Shown piece after piece: positions 11,550 to 23,939 of a stretch of DNA of 64,000 nucleotides. Position numbers and translations under genes: made by a program. Under the pieces are notes generated by a model. The model had not been told where the DNA came from and made no database searches. It saw only the letters and a program-made list of their open reading frames with translations. Source of the stretch: Lytechinus pictus (taxonomy: Eukaryota); NCBI RefSeq assembly GCF_037042905.1, contig NC_087251.1:39494001-39558000 (forward strand). Direction: 5' to 3'. Within the stretch, counting starts at the first letter, position 1, and each line of letters opens with the position of its first letter.

Positions 11550-12960
11550 TTACAGATGTAGTTTTCTGAAGCTTGCTTTCATAGATCTTTACTTTATTTA
11601 TACCTCTTACAGAGCTTTGTAAGTCTTTGAATATATGATTTGTTTGAAATAAGTCCAGCAATTGTTGTTAATGGTTTGTGAAGCTATATTCTTTTAGTTC
11701 TGTATCCTGAAATGGTTGCATTAAACTGAAAGTGATATATTTTATCTTTTCTAGTGAAGTTTGTCCTATTCTATATTCCATCATTTTCAAAGTTGCACAT
11801 TTCATTATTGTCATTCTGGATTTTAAATTCTAAATGAGTGGACTTTTTGGAGCTCCAGTATAGTGATCAGAATTAGTATCACTATTTGCCTGAATTTATG
11901 GCAATTGCAGAAAATTGTAATGATTTCAATCATTTTCCGGAATTGCATCAATATGCATATGTATAAAGTGACTGTGAGCACTATATAAATTTTATTTTGA
12001 AACTACGCAACTACCTGTATGCCAAATGTTCTTCAAAACTTTTAAATTCTGTACTTTTCTTACTCGTATATCTGGTTTTTATTGACTTTCGTTGTTAATT
12101 ATTCAAATCATTTTGATGTTGAGTAGACTTATCTTTAAAAGAGAGTCAATCATATACAGGTATTACAGAGTAGCTGGAGTTAGCATTTTTTATATTGCGT
12201 GTGGGAAGACTCCCAACAAATATGTATCTGGAACAAGCAATTGCAAAGACACATGTTTCATCCCATCATTAAAAACCATATATCATTTAGTATTCATTGT
12301 AAATAAAATTAAATCGAAGTACATCACGGTGCCCTTATTTTGATATTTTCAGAAATATTTGTAGAAGACATAATTTGTATGGTTTCAAGAGTTGATAATT
12401 TTTTTAGTCATATCTAAATCACACATTGATTTCAAATTGTTTCAAAATGATATATAAATTGATGTATACTGTAAATACCAATCCCAACATCCAAACAATA
12501 ATTTTTCCATTAATAGTCCTGGTAGTTTTGATAAGGATAACATTTACTTTCAAAAAGAAAAAATGAAAGGTCAGTAAACTTCAACAGTTTGATTATAATT
12601 AACCTCTAAAAGATGTTTAATAGCTGTTAATATAATGTTTACCATTGTTCATGATCTGATTTCACCAACTTTTGAAGATGTTTCCGTAAACAAAACCTTT
12701 CTTGTCACTATTTTTTATGATTCAAAAGGATGTTTTTAGATTTTTGCCATGGAAGAAATTTTACATTATCATTTTGTTATTCAATGTTGGAGCAGAATGG
12801 GAAGTTCTGAAGGCAAATCAAAAGGAAGACATTGGTTTCATTTTCAAAACTTTGTACAATTCAGGAAGCACATGAAATATGGTCGAGTATGAACTGTCAA
12901 CTGAGACTAGTTGGAAATGGTAAATTATTTGAATTCTTTCCTTATTCAGGGATATTTATT
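11550..12960 (-). mobile_element. Highly decayed L1/Tx1-like LINE remnant
   Basis: A-rich minus strand with broken frames, e.g. CWTYFKQII..., resembling the post-endonuclease part of ORF2. Weak, by-eye match. Confidence 0.3.
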
Positions 12961-13119
12961 GGTAATAGACCTTGATTCGTAAGTTGTTATTATTTTTGCT
13001 GTCAGCATCTTCCTTCTCGCATTTCAAAGCACAAACACACTATTGAAAAGGGGTTCAAATTTGAACCCTAGGGGTTGGTACATTAGCAGCACCCCATAGG
13101 GTGCACTGCAAATGAGTGT

Positions 13120-13430
13120 TTGTTTGTTTATTTCTTTTCCGATTATTAAAAAACACAATACATATATATATATATAACATAAATAAATGATATAGATGGC
13201 ATCAATTGAAATAAACAAAATGAATTGCAAATATGGTTGAATAGATAAAATAATCGAAAGTATTGCCCATTTCAGAGTCATTAACATCATTACTCTGTTC
13301 TTCCATGGGGTCCATACAAAAATATTAAAACAGTTTACATTGCAATACAAAGGAAATTTGATATTGAAAAAAAAAAAAAGAGAAAAAAATATATTACATA
13401 TATGCATAACTGAATGCATCAATTAACATC
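13120..13430 (-). mobile_element. LINE 3' UTR/tail fragment
   Basis: Minus strand is T-rich, contains a gaccccatggaagaacagag motif and ends aataaacaaacaaac. Confidence 0.4.
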
Positions 13431-13440
13431 CCCCATCCAC

Positions 13441-14016
13441 AATAAAGCAATATTGACTGGCCTCAGGGCGATACGACATATATCGCCCAAACTCTATTTA
13501 TATCGCCCGAGTCGTAGACGAGGGTGATATCAATTTAGTGAGGGCGATATATGTCCTTTCGCCCCCAGGCCAGTCAATATTGCTATTATTAACCAAATCA
13601 GACATCTAGAGCAAAAATCGTTAAAATTTATATATTTATTAGAGTTTAAGAATGGGAATCTATTTTGTCATGTTGAGCAGACTGGGCCTCTGAACTGTAT
13701 CATTGTGACGTAATTGAAATGACGCGTCCCTGGCCTGGGGACGCAGTATCCAACGTTGTCTCAACTTGATTAACATTGTGACGTAAACACTGCGCGGTTC
13801 AAGGACGGGTACAAAAACGCGTAGAACACCCGGATGTTAGCGCTGCCTTTTATTGCCCGCTGCATTTCCACGCATTTTCTCATTGACTTTTCTGAGCGGG
13901 CAATAAATTGGGCCCGTAAATAAACAATTGGTAATTTATTGACCGGCCATTTGATCCCAGTCTTAAGCAGGCAACAATGTGTTGCCCTGCTCAGATGTCT
14001 GATACGGTTAATAATA
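13441..14016. mobile_element. Double-palindrome non-autonomous element (Crypton-like architecture)
   Basis: Hairpin A 13441-13590 (gcaatattgactggcct...aggccagtcaatattgc) abuts inverted repeat B (tattattaaccaaatcagacatct ... agatgtctgatacggttaataata). Confidence 0.65.
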
Positions 14017-14620
14017 CAATTCATCTCCCCTCCCTGTGTGCAGCAAGAGAGAAGCTAACAGACATTGACTATACATCAACCAAGTATTCATTTATTTCAA
14101 TTATTTGTCTATTGAATTCTTTAAGTTTGCCAGATTGGAGAATTCTTATCGGTGATTCAGTGTATAACACAGTTGCACGATACATAAAAGTTAGTTTCTT
14201 AATGCCAAGCATTACCAACCTGAAAAGTTGCATCTATTAGGGTGGAAAACAAGCATTTCTTGAGAAAGGCAAATTTTTGCATCTTTTCAACTTAAGGTGC
14301 AAGATTACACCCTCAAAAAAGGTGCTTTTCCAGTGTTTCATGTCAGGTGCAAAAAATTCTTACTGTGTACCCTGTAAAAACTGGGGTGTTAAACTGAGCC
14401 AAGTTTAAGTTAAATCTGACACCAGTTGGTGTCCCGAGAGGACCATACCCTGTAGTTAGATGTTAAAATTACACCCTAGTGACTAAGCATACAGGCGAAG
14501 ATCCAGAGTCTGACTTTTACAGAAGGGCAGCTGACCAATGCGGTCAAGCCTCATACTCTCCTGGGTATTTTAGTGCAACTCTATAAAGTCATACTTCAAT
14601 CTTTGTGAAACACCCCCCTG

Positions 14621-14789
14621 GTGGGTGTTTCATAAAGCTGTTTGTAAGAGCGACTTTAAGAACGACTGGTGATCCTTTTTTTGTGGTAAATGGTATATTC
14701 ATCGGCGATTTGGTTAAGTGCACAAGAAAGGTTCATCAGTCGTTCTTAAGGTCGCTCTTGACTTACAAACAGCTTTAGGAAACGGCCCC
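14621..14789. mobile_element. MITE (family B), CWG flanks
   Basis: ctg|gtgggtgtttcataaagctg...cagctttaggaaacggcccc|cag; an inverted copy lies at 25659-25830. Confidence 0.85.
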
Positions 14790-15999
14790 CAGGTCGGACT
14801 ATAAACCCCAATGTACACCTTGGTTTTTGTTGTGTGCATTATGATTCATGGATATACAAGTACATGATTTGCAATTTGATGAAGAGTTGAGAGGCAAAAC
14901 AGCTCCGCCTGCTCTTCTCTGAATCTGGTACTTTGTATTTCTCCAGCATACAGTGTTGCTCAAATGGTCATGAAAATGCAATATTCCATGCTGATTGTTG
15001 AATGTAGAAAACAGCACTACAATGTATGGCGAGCCCAGAGAAACAAACTTTATTGAATGTAATCACTTCCCACTGACGGGAGCGTTCCTGCGAAATGGTT
15101 GATGACCTTTTTTTTCTCCAGAAGATTTTGGGGTTTCTCATTTCTCAATGTGCTCTTCCTAATTCAAAGTTTATTTTTTTTTTGTCTATCTTTTTTTTCC
15201 CCACTGAGTTCCATGCCTATACCTTTCTTACTAATCATGTTTCTGATGTTGTCTGAAGCAAATATATCTCGTTGTTGACAAGCTGAATTTCATTTGGATG
15301 GGCAAGAATATATGATACTTCTTTGAGTAGCATTTATGGAAATAAAAAATTATCCTTCTCTTGATACATTTTTCACCCTCTGAGGGCTCACTTTCTCAAA
15401 TGTATAGAGGAAGCGGGTTTGGGTGGGGATAATGCAGTCTTAGAATCTGTCATCCCATTTACGATATGGATTGGTCAGAATTTAGGGCACTGTTTCATAA
15501 AACTTACTGTCGATAATACATGTAGTTCAGAATGTCAATTAATCCAGTCTTGTGAATGATCAAAAGTGGTATCATGTCTTTAACCATGCTTGCAAACCTG
15601 CAAACTTGGGTTGTTGCTAAGGCCACTGGTCATAGTTAAGAGAGAAAAGGTTTGATACCATAGGTCCATGTTAGTATGGACCCCCTAGATCACTGCCAGG
15701 TAGGTGTCTCAAATTGTGGTATCACTTTTTTTAATACTGTTGAATTTCTAGAGCAATGTAAAATAGCAAAAAATGAAGAAAAAAAATCAATAACTGTAAA
15801 GGGGAAGGTGAAATGTACGTTGCAATATTTCCGCTTGTATACGTCATTCATGTATCAAAATGTTGCTGGGTGACAGCTCTAACGTTACAGCAACATTCAA
15901 AAGTGAAATTGAGATATCGAACCTTCAAAATGGAAATACACTAATGGCCAGTGTCCATTTCCATCTCAAGTAGATATGAAAATTCAGACAATAAGTTGA

Positions 16000-16998
16000 T
16001 TTTTGTCTCACCTGCATAGCAGAGTGAGACTATAGGCGCCGCTTTTCCGACGGCGGCGGCGACGGCGACGGCGGCGGCGGCGACGGCGGCGGCGGCGGTG
16101 GCGTCAACACCAAATCTTAACCTGAGGTTAAGTTTTTGAAATGACAGCATAACTTAGAAAGTATATGGACCTAGTTCATGAAACTTGGCCATAAGGTTAA
16201 TCAAGTATTACTGAACATCCTGCCTGAGTTTCATGTCACATGACCAAGGTCAAAGGTCATTTAGGGTCAATGAACTTAGACCATGTTGGGGGAATCAACA
16301 TCAAAATCTTAACCTAAGGTTAAGTTTTTGAAATGTCATCATAACTTAGAAAATATATGGACCTAGTTCATGAAACTTATACATAAGGTTAATCAAGTAT
16401 CACTGAACATCCTGCATGAGTTTCATGTCACATGACCAAGGTCAAAGGTCATTTAGGGTCAATGAACTTTGGCCGAATTGGGGGTATCTCATAATCTGTT
16501 GAATTACCATCATAACTTTGAAAGTTTATGGATCTGATTCATGAAACTTGGACATAATAGTAATCAAGTATTACTGAACATCCTGTGCAAGTTTCAGGTC
16601 ACATGATCAAGGTCAAAGGTCATTTAGGGTCAATGAACTTTGGCCAAATTGGGGTATTTGTTGAATTACAGCCATAAATTTGAAAGTGTGTTGGTCTAGT
16701 TCATAAAACTTGGACATAATAGTAATCAAGTATCACTGAACATCCTGTGCGAGTTTCAGGTCACATGATCAAGGTCAAAGGTCATGTAAGGTCAAAGAAC
16801 TTTGGCCACGTTGGGGGTATTTGTTGAATTGCCATCATATCTCTATAAGTGTATTGGTCTAGTTCATAAAACGTGGAAATAAGAGTAACCAAGTATCACT
16901 GAACATCTTGTGCGAGTTATAGTAGTTTTCAAAATCAGCACTGCTGCTATATTGAATCGCGTGATGCAGGTGAGACGGCCAGAGGCATTCCACTTGTT
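16000..16998 (+). mobile_element. Helentron-associated (HINE/DINE-1/Tsp-like) element with central tandem repeats
   Basis: 5' T-run + subTIR gtctcacctgc, adjacent IR gcagagtgagac, (GGC)n microsatellite, about 160-190 bp tandem units, 3' subTIR gcaggtgagac, ends acttgtt. Confidence 0.8.
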
Positions 16999-17677
16999 GA
17001 GTTTAAATATGTGGTGCTCTATAAAACTATACTTCGATTAAATATGCGTTATTCAAACAAAATTAATGTTTTAAAACATTTCCAGATATGTTCTTACTAG
17101 CCTGTGGGCTACCAGTTACAATCTTGTAGTGCCGTTAGTTTGGGATCCAACGTTGCTTAAATCAATTAGAATTACTTTTTACTGGTGATATTATCTGATC
17201 CAAACCAAATTCATTACCAATGGCGTAGGACCCCCACCCTCAAAAATTAAATTGATGGGGCCAGACATGTGGTGTGGAAAAATGTGGAAAAAATTGAGCC
17301 AAAAATTATGTTTTTGATACACCAATATGTTTTTTTGACATATGACATATTATCCAGAAAATATAATATTTCCTCCTTTTCCTTCCCTTTTCTTTCTTCT
17401 ACCTTCATTTTTTTATCGTGAAATTTGTTTAGGGGTAAACGTGGCCAAGCCTTCCCATTTTTACAGCAGTATATTCATTACTGAACATAAAAAAAATTAA
17501 ATATTTCCAAGTCGTTTTTCCCCCTCATAGTCTTTGTTTATATCAAACCCCCCCCTAAGTATAATGATCTCTGCCATCTAAATAACAAAGTATCAAAATG
17601 ATACTGGATGATAGGCCTAGGTATTTTAATTGCTATATAGAAGCAGATTATTATTAATATCAATATTTCTAAGCAAT

Positions 17678-18804
17678 CACTTGCCAAATTCATGCCACCC
17701 CTCCTTATGATTGTTTTGGATAAGGTATAGATGCTATGGACCGTGATTCATTAGAGACTCCAGACATGATGTCCTGTTCCTCTTAACAGTATCCATGACC
17801 ACTCTGTCCTTCTCCTGGACATCCTATCAACCTGTCCAGGTTTAATTGACTCTTCACTACCCTGAACTCCATCTCGGCTTCCACATGGAGATCCTGTTTG
17901 GAAGACCTCCAAGGTATAGTGAGTTGATGTCCAGTAAATTGATCCTCCATCTAAGGATAAAGTATTCACTTGCTAAGCTCACGCCACCCCTCCTTAACTT
18001 AGGTTCAGATAAGGTATAGGCCTTGTGTAGATGCTATGGACCGTGATTCATTAGTCCAGACTGGATGTCCTGTTACTCTTATCAGTATCCATGACCAGTC
18101 TGTCCTTCTCCTGGACATCCTATCAACCTGTCCAGGTTTAATTGACTCTTCACTACCCTGAACTTCATCTAGGCTTCCCACATGGAGATCCTGTTTGGAA
18201 GACCTCCACGGTATAGTGAGTTGATGTCCAGTAAATTGATCTTCCATCTTAGGATAAAGCATTCATTTGTTAAGCTCACGCCACCCCTCCTTAACTTAGG
18301 TTCAGATAAGGTATAGGCCTTGTGTAGATGCTATGGACCGTGATTCATTAGTCCAGACTGGATGTCCTGTTACTCTTATCAGTATCCATGACCAGTCTGT
18401 CCTTCTCCTGGACATCCTATCAACCTGTCCAGGTTTAATTGACTCTTCACTACCCTGAACTCCATCTAGGCTTCCTACGTGGAGATCCTGTTTGGAAGAC
18501 CTCCAAGGTATAGTGAGTTGATGTCCAGTAAATTGATCCTCCATCAACGGATAAAACATTAACTTGCCAAGCTCACGCCACCCCTCCTTAACTTAGGTTC
18601 AGATAAGGTATAGGCCTTGTAGAGATGCTGTGGACCGTGATTCATTAGTCCAGACAGGATGTCCTGTTCCTCTTAACAGTATCCATGACGAGTCTGTCCT
18701 TCTCCTGGACATCCTATCAACCTGTCCAGGTTTAATTGACTCTTCACTACCCTGAACTTCATCTAGGCTTCCCACATGGAGATCCTGTTTGGGAGGCTTC
18801 CAAG
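17678..18804. repeat. Tandem array of about 3.8 copies of a 297-bp unit
   Basis: Near-identical units offset by 297 bp (18005 vs 18302); the first copy is more diverged. Confidence 0.95.
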
Positions 18805-20007
18805 TTCAGGGCTCCAATTTAGAATTCAAAAGGGCAAGGCCATTATTAATAGGGCACTTAAATAGAGGAAAGTGAAGGTGGTGATCACAAGGGGGGCATC
18901 CAAGGCGATTTAAAAAAGGGCATCAATTGTAAAATTTACTTTTCAATCGGACACCATGCACTGGATCACCATAGGGCACCCAGTTCGAGGCCTCAGAAAT
19001 AAAATAAAAATTTGGCCTTAATTCTACAAATATTTGGAAGGTCATCAAGGCCATTTCTGAGGGCATCTGAAGCCATTACCTTGAGTGGCTTTATGTTAAT
19101 TTGAACCCACAAGTTGACTATTCAGGTTATTGAAAGGGAATTCACTACTGGTAGAGCTTGTACATATTAAACAAGTGCAGTAGTGTATTTCGGTATGATA
19201 ATATTGTCTGAGATATTAAGGTGATCTGTCGATTGACAGATCAACTTTTAATTTCGTACAAATTTTCGTTATTATTATTTGTTTATTATCTATTTTTATT
19301 TTTCCGCCCGTTGCTTGTTAGCACAAAATCTACATCTTCAATTTTCTTCAACATATTATCAGTTATGGGGACTTCTCATGTCATGTGTATGAAACAAGTT
19401 CAAGGTCAAAAGGTCATCGTGACATCATCGAGAAGCCATTTTGTAAAATCACTATCAATCATATCTTCATTATCAATTATCAAAAATTAACAATATTTAC
19501 ATCACATTAACTAAGCTATCGGAAGTGTTGTCTCTATTTTCCGATCAGATGCCGGGATCATGCCTGTATTTCACTTGCAAAATTGGATTTGAGATCCTCT
19601 TAATTTGCTTATGTGTAAAATTAATACACTTTCTCCACTCCCTGATGAGCATTCTATATGATTAATTTAAATGAAAGATTTTGTTGTATAAGTGGGACGA
19701 TCTTCATGTCATACTGAGACAGTCCCTAAACGTTCAATTAAACTTGACCCCCACCCATTCACATACAATACATTTAATTTCCCTACTCCCTGGGGAGCAT
19801 TCCATTATTCCATGTGATTTTATTTTACCGGTATCTAAAATGGGAAGATAAACATGTACTGTGACAGGTCACTAACTTTTACTGAACTTGAAAAACCTGG
19901 GGCTCCTCAAATCCCTGGGCTCTTCACCAAGAAACCCTGGGAATGGGATATAGGAAGTTTAACAGCTTCGCACAACTGATTTATACCGATAGACTTGGTG
20001 ATGAGGG

Positions 20008-20568
20008 GCTTATTCGAGGGTAGGTGTTCCTCAAGGTTCTAAGGTGTACTTACTCACCTGTAAAAGGTGTTTTCACACTATAGCATTCAAATTCAAAATC
20101 AAATTTCAAATGTGAATTTTAGATTTTCAAAATCATTCAGATTCAAATTCAATTGTCAAAATCATTGAAATTGAAATCAAAATTCAATTCAAATTTAATT
20201 CAAATTTGAATTTTCAGATTCGAATTCAAACTCGAGTCAAATTCAAAAACATTTACAATTCATTTACAGTTACAATAAAAATGGAATGTACAGGTACAAA
20301 AAATCTTCATACACAAGCTTATCCAAGGGTAGGTGTTCCTCAAGGTTCTAAGGTGTATTTACTCACCTGTAGGTGATGTGTTCACATTAGCATTCAAATT
20401 CCAAGTTAAATTCAAATTCTGGTTCAAATTAAATTTTTAAATACAAATTCAAATTGAAATCAGAATTAGAATATAAATATTCAAATTCAAATGCAAATAG
20501 AAATTCAAATTCAAATTAATTCATTTCATACATTTCAAAAAGTACAAAGTACAATGCATTTGGAATGG
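20008..20568. repeat. Tandem duplication, 309-bp period, with (TTCAAA)n cores
   Basis: gcttat...gggtaggtgttcctcaaggttctaaggtgta starts at 20008 and at 20317. Confidence 0.85.
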
Positions 20569-20790
20569 AACACAGTAAAAATTCTGTTAGAATTTTTTTT
20601 ACAATGTTGTTTACAATATGAACCTTACAGTAGTTGTTCAAACATTTAAACAAGTGTTTAAAATCCTAAACAACAAAGTTTAATTTTGAATATTTAATTA
20701 TCCATAATATAAGCATGGTTGTTAAACTTTTAAACAACTGCTTTAAGGTTCATATTGTAAACAGGATTGTATAACATTTATTATATTAAT
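20569..20790. mobile_element. MITE with CACAGTAAAAA terminus (CACTA/EnSpm-like), 3' end decayed
   Basis: Homologous to 48354-48662; internally palindromic. Confidence 0.7.
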
Positions 20791-21312
20791 TGGTGAAGTG
20801 GATACCCTGACCCGTTTTATTAAAGAGATAGTGTGTCATCCCTAGTAGAGAGAACAGGATTTCAAAACTGTTAAATAAACAAACATTTGCACATAAGCAT
20901 AAAGCAGTGACCTTGTGATGTTAGAATTTGTTTTTGATTGGAAGGCGCCAAGTAATTTATGGTTTCCTGCCAAATGAATGGACCTCAGTTTTGTGGAACA
21001 CTTGTCATTAATAAGCTATGTAGTGTTCACACCAGAGGTAAAAACTTTAGCTTGGTTATTCTGTTTTGCATTTCAAAATGTCAGTTAAGATTGGAAAATG
21101 TGTTCTTTGGTGTTTTTGAAAATTACTTACGAATTCACTTCTAATTTGTAAACTTCAGAGATCCTTCTTCTGATAATGGTGGAGCAATTGCTTCCAGAGT
21201 TATTTTCATGAAATCAGCTTGCATTTAGCTGTAGTCTGAACGTTATTTGTTTGGAAAAATCATACACATCAATATACCAGTCCTCTCTCTTTTCACTTTC
21301 TCTTACTTGTAA

Positions 21313-21727
21313 AGGCGACCGCACACCTTACGATTGGTCTGCGACCCGATTTCAGAATAAAACGTAGTAGAATTTGATGCTAATATTGAGACTTGGAATA
21401 TCTCACTGTGTAATGTTCTAAATCATTGTACGAATACCTATGTTCAAATCTGTGACTATGCTATCATCCTTCTTAGAATAAAAGCGAATTTAGTATCTAG
21501 TCGTAATGACGTCATAGCAGTCGTACGATTGGCTACGATTTTAAACTAATTTGGCCTTTACTCCAAAATAAAGGCTTGCAATCTTTCAAAATGGTTATAT
21601 TAGTATTCTTTCAATTAATTTTAACCTCAAATAAAATGATATGTTCCATTCACATTTTCAGAAAATGAGCAAAATGCGATTTGTTCCAAAATCGGATCGC
21701 GAACAGTCGTAAGGTGTGCGGTGGCCT
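21313..21727. mobile_element. PIF/Harbinger-type MITE, TAA TSD
   Basis: taa|aggcgaccgcacaccttacga...tcgtaaggtgtgcggtggcct|taa. Confidence 0.9.
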
Positions 21728-21836
21728 TAAGAAAAGGTGAAAAGTGAGAGGATTGGTGTATTGGTGTGTATAATATATGCAATTAGTGAGTGTAGTCTCA
21801 GTAGGGTTTTCTAAACAAATAACTACTAACGTCCAG

Positions 21837-22040
21837 TGCCGACCGCACAGAAACGTTGTTAGCCTAACAGAGCGCTAACAGTAAGCTCAGTCACATCTTT
21901 CGGATTGTAAAGCCAAAACATTTATTTCAATGTTAAGCAATGCATTGTTGTAACATTAGGCATCGCCGCCACATTACCAGTTGTAACAGGGCCTCTGTTA
22001 GTGCACTGTTAGCGCGAACAACGTTTCTGTGCGGTCAGTA
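21837..22040. mobile_element. MITE, CAG TSD
   Basis: cag|tgccgaccgcacagaaacgttgtt...aacaacgtttctgtgcggtcagta|cag. Confidence 0.9.
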
Positions 22041-23939
22041 CAGACTACAGATCTAGACTAATTTACCTGCTGAAGGGGGTAGGGGCACTACTTTGTATAA
22101 ATACACTATATGCAATCAGAAGGGAGCATAAAATGGGTAGTTTTGCAAGTTCCATCCAGTTGTGTCCTTAGTGTGTTTAGGGTTGCGAAAACATAGAAAT
22201 GATAAAAGGGGCTCTTTGTCGAAGATAGGCATACATCAACAAAGAAGGGTCCATATCATTATTTCTGAGAGTGAGATACAAGTTCTTCTTCCTCCACACT
22301 TTGTAAATCTTGGTCTGTATGCCACAATGTATTCATCTTGTAAAAGTGCTTGCTTTCATTTTACTGAAGGCAAAAACAGCATTTCACAAGCACCTGCAGA
22401 GCTTTGGTCACGTTTAATCCTCTTCTCAGCAGTTACGGGGCTGGAAAGAAGTCTCGACTTAGCGGTTCGTTGTACCCACCGATAATTTGGTTCCTTTCTC
22501 GAGCAAACTTTCTGCACGCAACATGAGCACATCTCCACACTGCCAAGGATGAGTTAAGCTTCAACGTATATATATATGGCCCCTCTTGAGCTTTGCGCCA
22601 GTCGAAAATTGGGGAAGGAAGTTTGCTTGAGTATTTTTTATTAATCTCATTTCCTTTTTGTGTATGCAGAAGTAGTAGGGCTGTCCCAGACACTCCTAAA
22701 GCGAGGCTTGTGTATTAGGGTAAAGTGGAGTTGACAGGACTTGTTGAGATTAGGGGAATTTGCAGTGTTCTACTTATCTTTCCCTCAAGATACTTTGTGA
22801 GTAATGTGTTAAAGATTCATTGAAAGTGTCATTTATATGCAGTGGATTCCACTTACGTGTTATTTCCTTGGTAGGAAACTGTCAAAGAATCCAATTATTT
22901 AATCACAGTGCTATATCATTCTCCCTCCCAATGCACTGCTTGTATCATCATTGTCTTTTGTTTTATTCCCAGTGACCTCCAGTTGTTATTAAAGAAGCAA
23001 AATAATGCTGGTAATTTTGCCATAAAAATATCTCAAATGCAAGCGGAGACATAAAAACCAAATAGGCAGTGACTTGTTTGATTGACATAATAGTTATATC
23101 ATAAGTCAAGACATTATCTAATCAGAGACGTTTATGAAATTGATCAAGGTGTTGGAAATTACTTGCATTCAGCCATGGATCCAGCCCAGTCAGATACAAT
23201 ATTATTTAGTTGCCGACTATTGTGCAAAAACAATATGGCCCCTAAAATGGTATTGTGCCTAATGTAGCTGGATCAACACTTGCTTGTATTGATGTACCTG
23301 CTCTATCATTTTTCGTTTCAGTTTAATAATTTTTCATATTTTTCTTCAGTACATTTTCTTAAATATCATGTACTATATTCCCTTTTCAAGTTCTTAAAAA
23401 CATTGTGCTTTGTCTGTATTCATGAGCATATATATATACATGTATGTATATATATCATCTATATGAATCACTCTTTGTATGTTTGTTGTATTTCCGTCAT
23501 AAACAAATAAATAACCATACGAAGGATGAACATAGAAATGCCCCAAAATCTGAAAAATTATGTTTTAGAAAAAAATGTATTGTATTCATGTACCATCAAC
23601 TAATGGAAATTAACATTCAAGATGAATGAAAAATAAGATAAGAAGATAAGATTCCTGTATCCTTTGCAGAATATCTTTCAATCAACCGCAGTCAATCAAT
23701 CCCCGTCACGATCCCGGTTGTATTCCGTGTTCAAGCGAGAGAGTAGAGATCCCAGCGAGAAAAAGTGAAGACTGCCCACGCTTAGTAATCGTCAGTGTCT
23801 CCCAGGGCAGTAGCTTGTCTAGATCGTGCGTGCCGTGTCGTCTCTCTGTTCATGTTGTCCCTCTCTATTGACTCTCTCCCGTAATTACCTTGGAAGATTG
23901 CCAGCCCTCTTGTAGTAAAACGCTGTCTTCTATAGTGGT

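Larger units (their letters stand above)
21229..22050. mobile_element. Outer palindromic element hosting two nested MITEs
   Basis: Left arm ctgtagtctgaacgttatttgtttggaaaa..ccagtcctctctcttttcac pairs with gtgaaaagtgagaggattgg..ttttctaaacaaata..aacgtccag[insert]actacag. Confidence 0.75.

Noticed and set aside
15941-16150. Poly-Ala ORF
   Set aside because: Comes from the (GGC)n microsatellite of the HINE-like element.
17751-18559. Three similar minus-strand ORFs suggesting a tandem gene family
   Set aside because: A by-product of the 297-bp array: frameshifted between copies, no splice signals, no recognisable domain.
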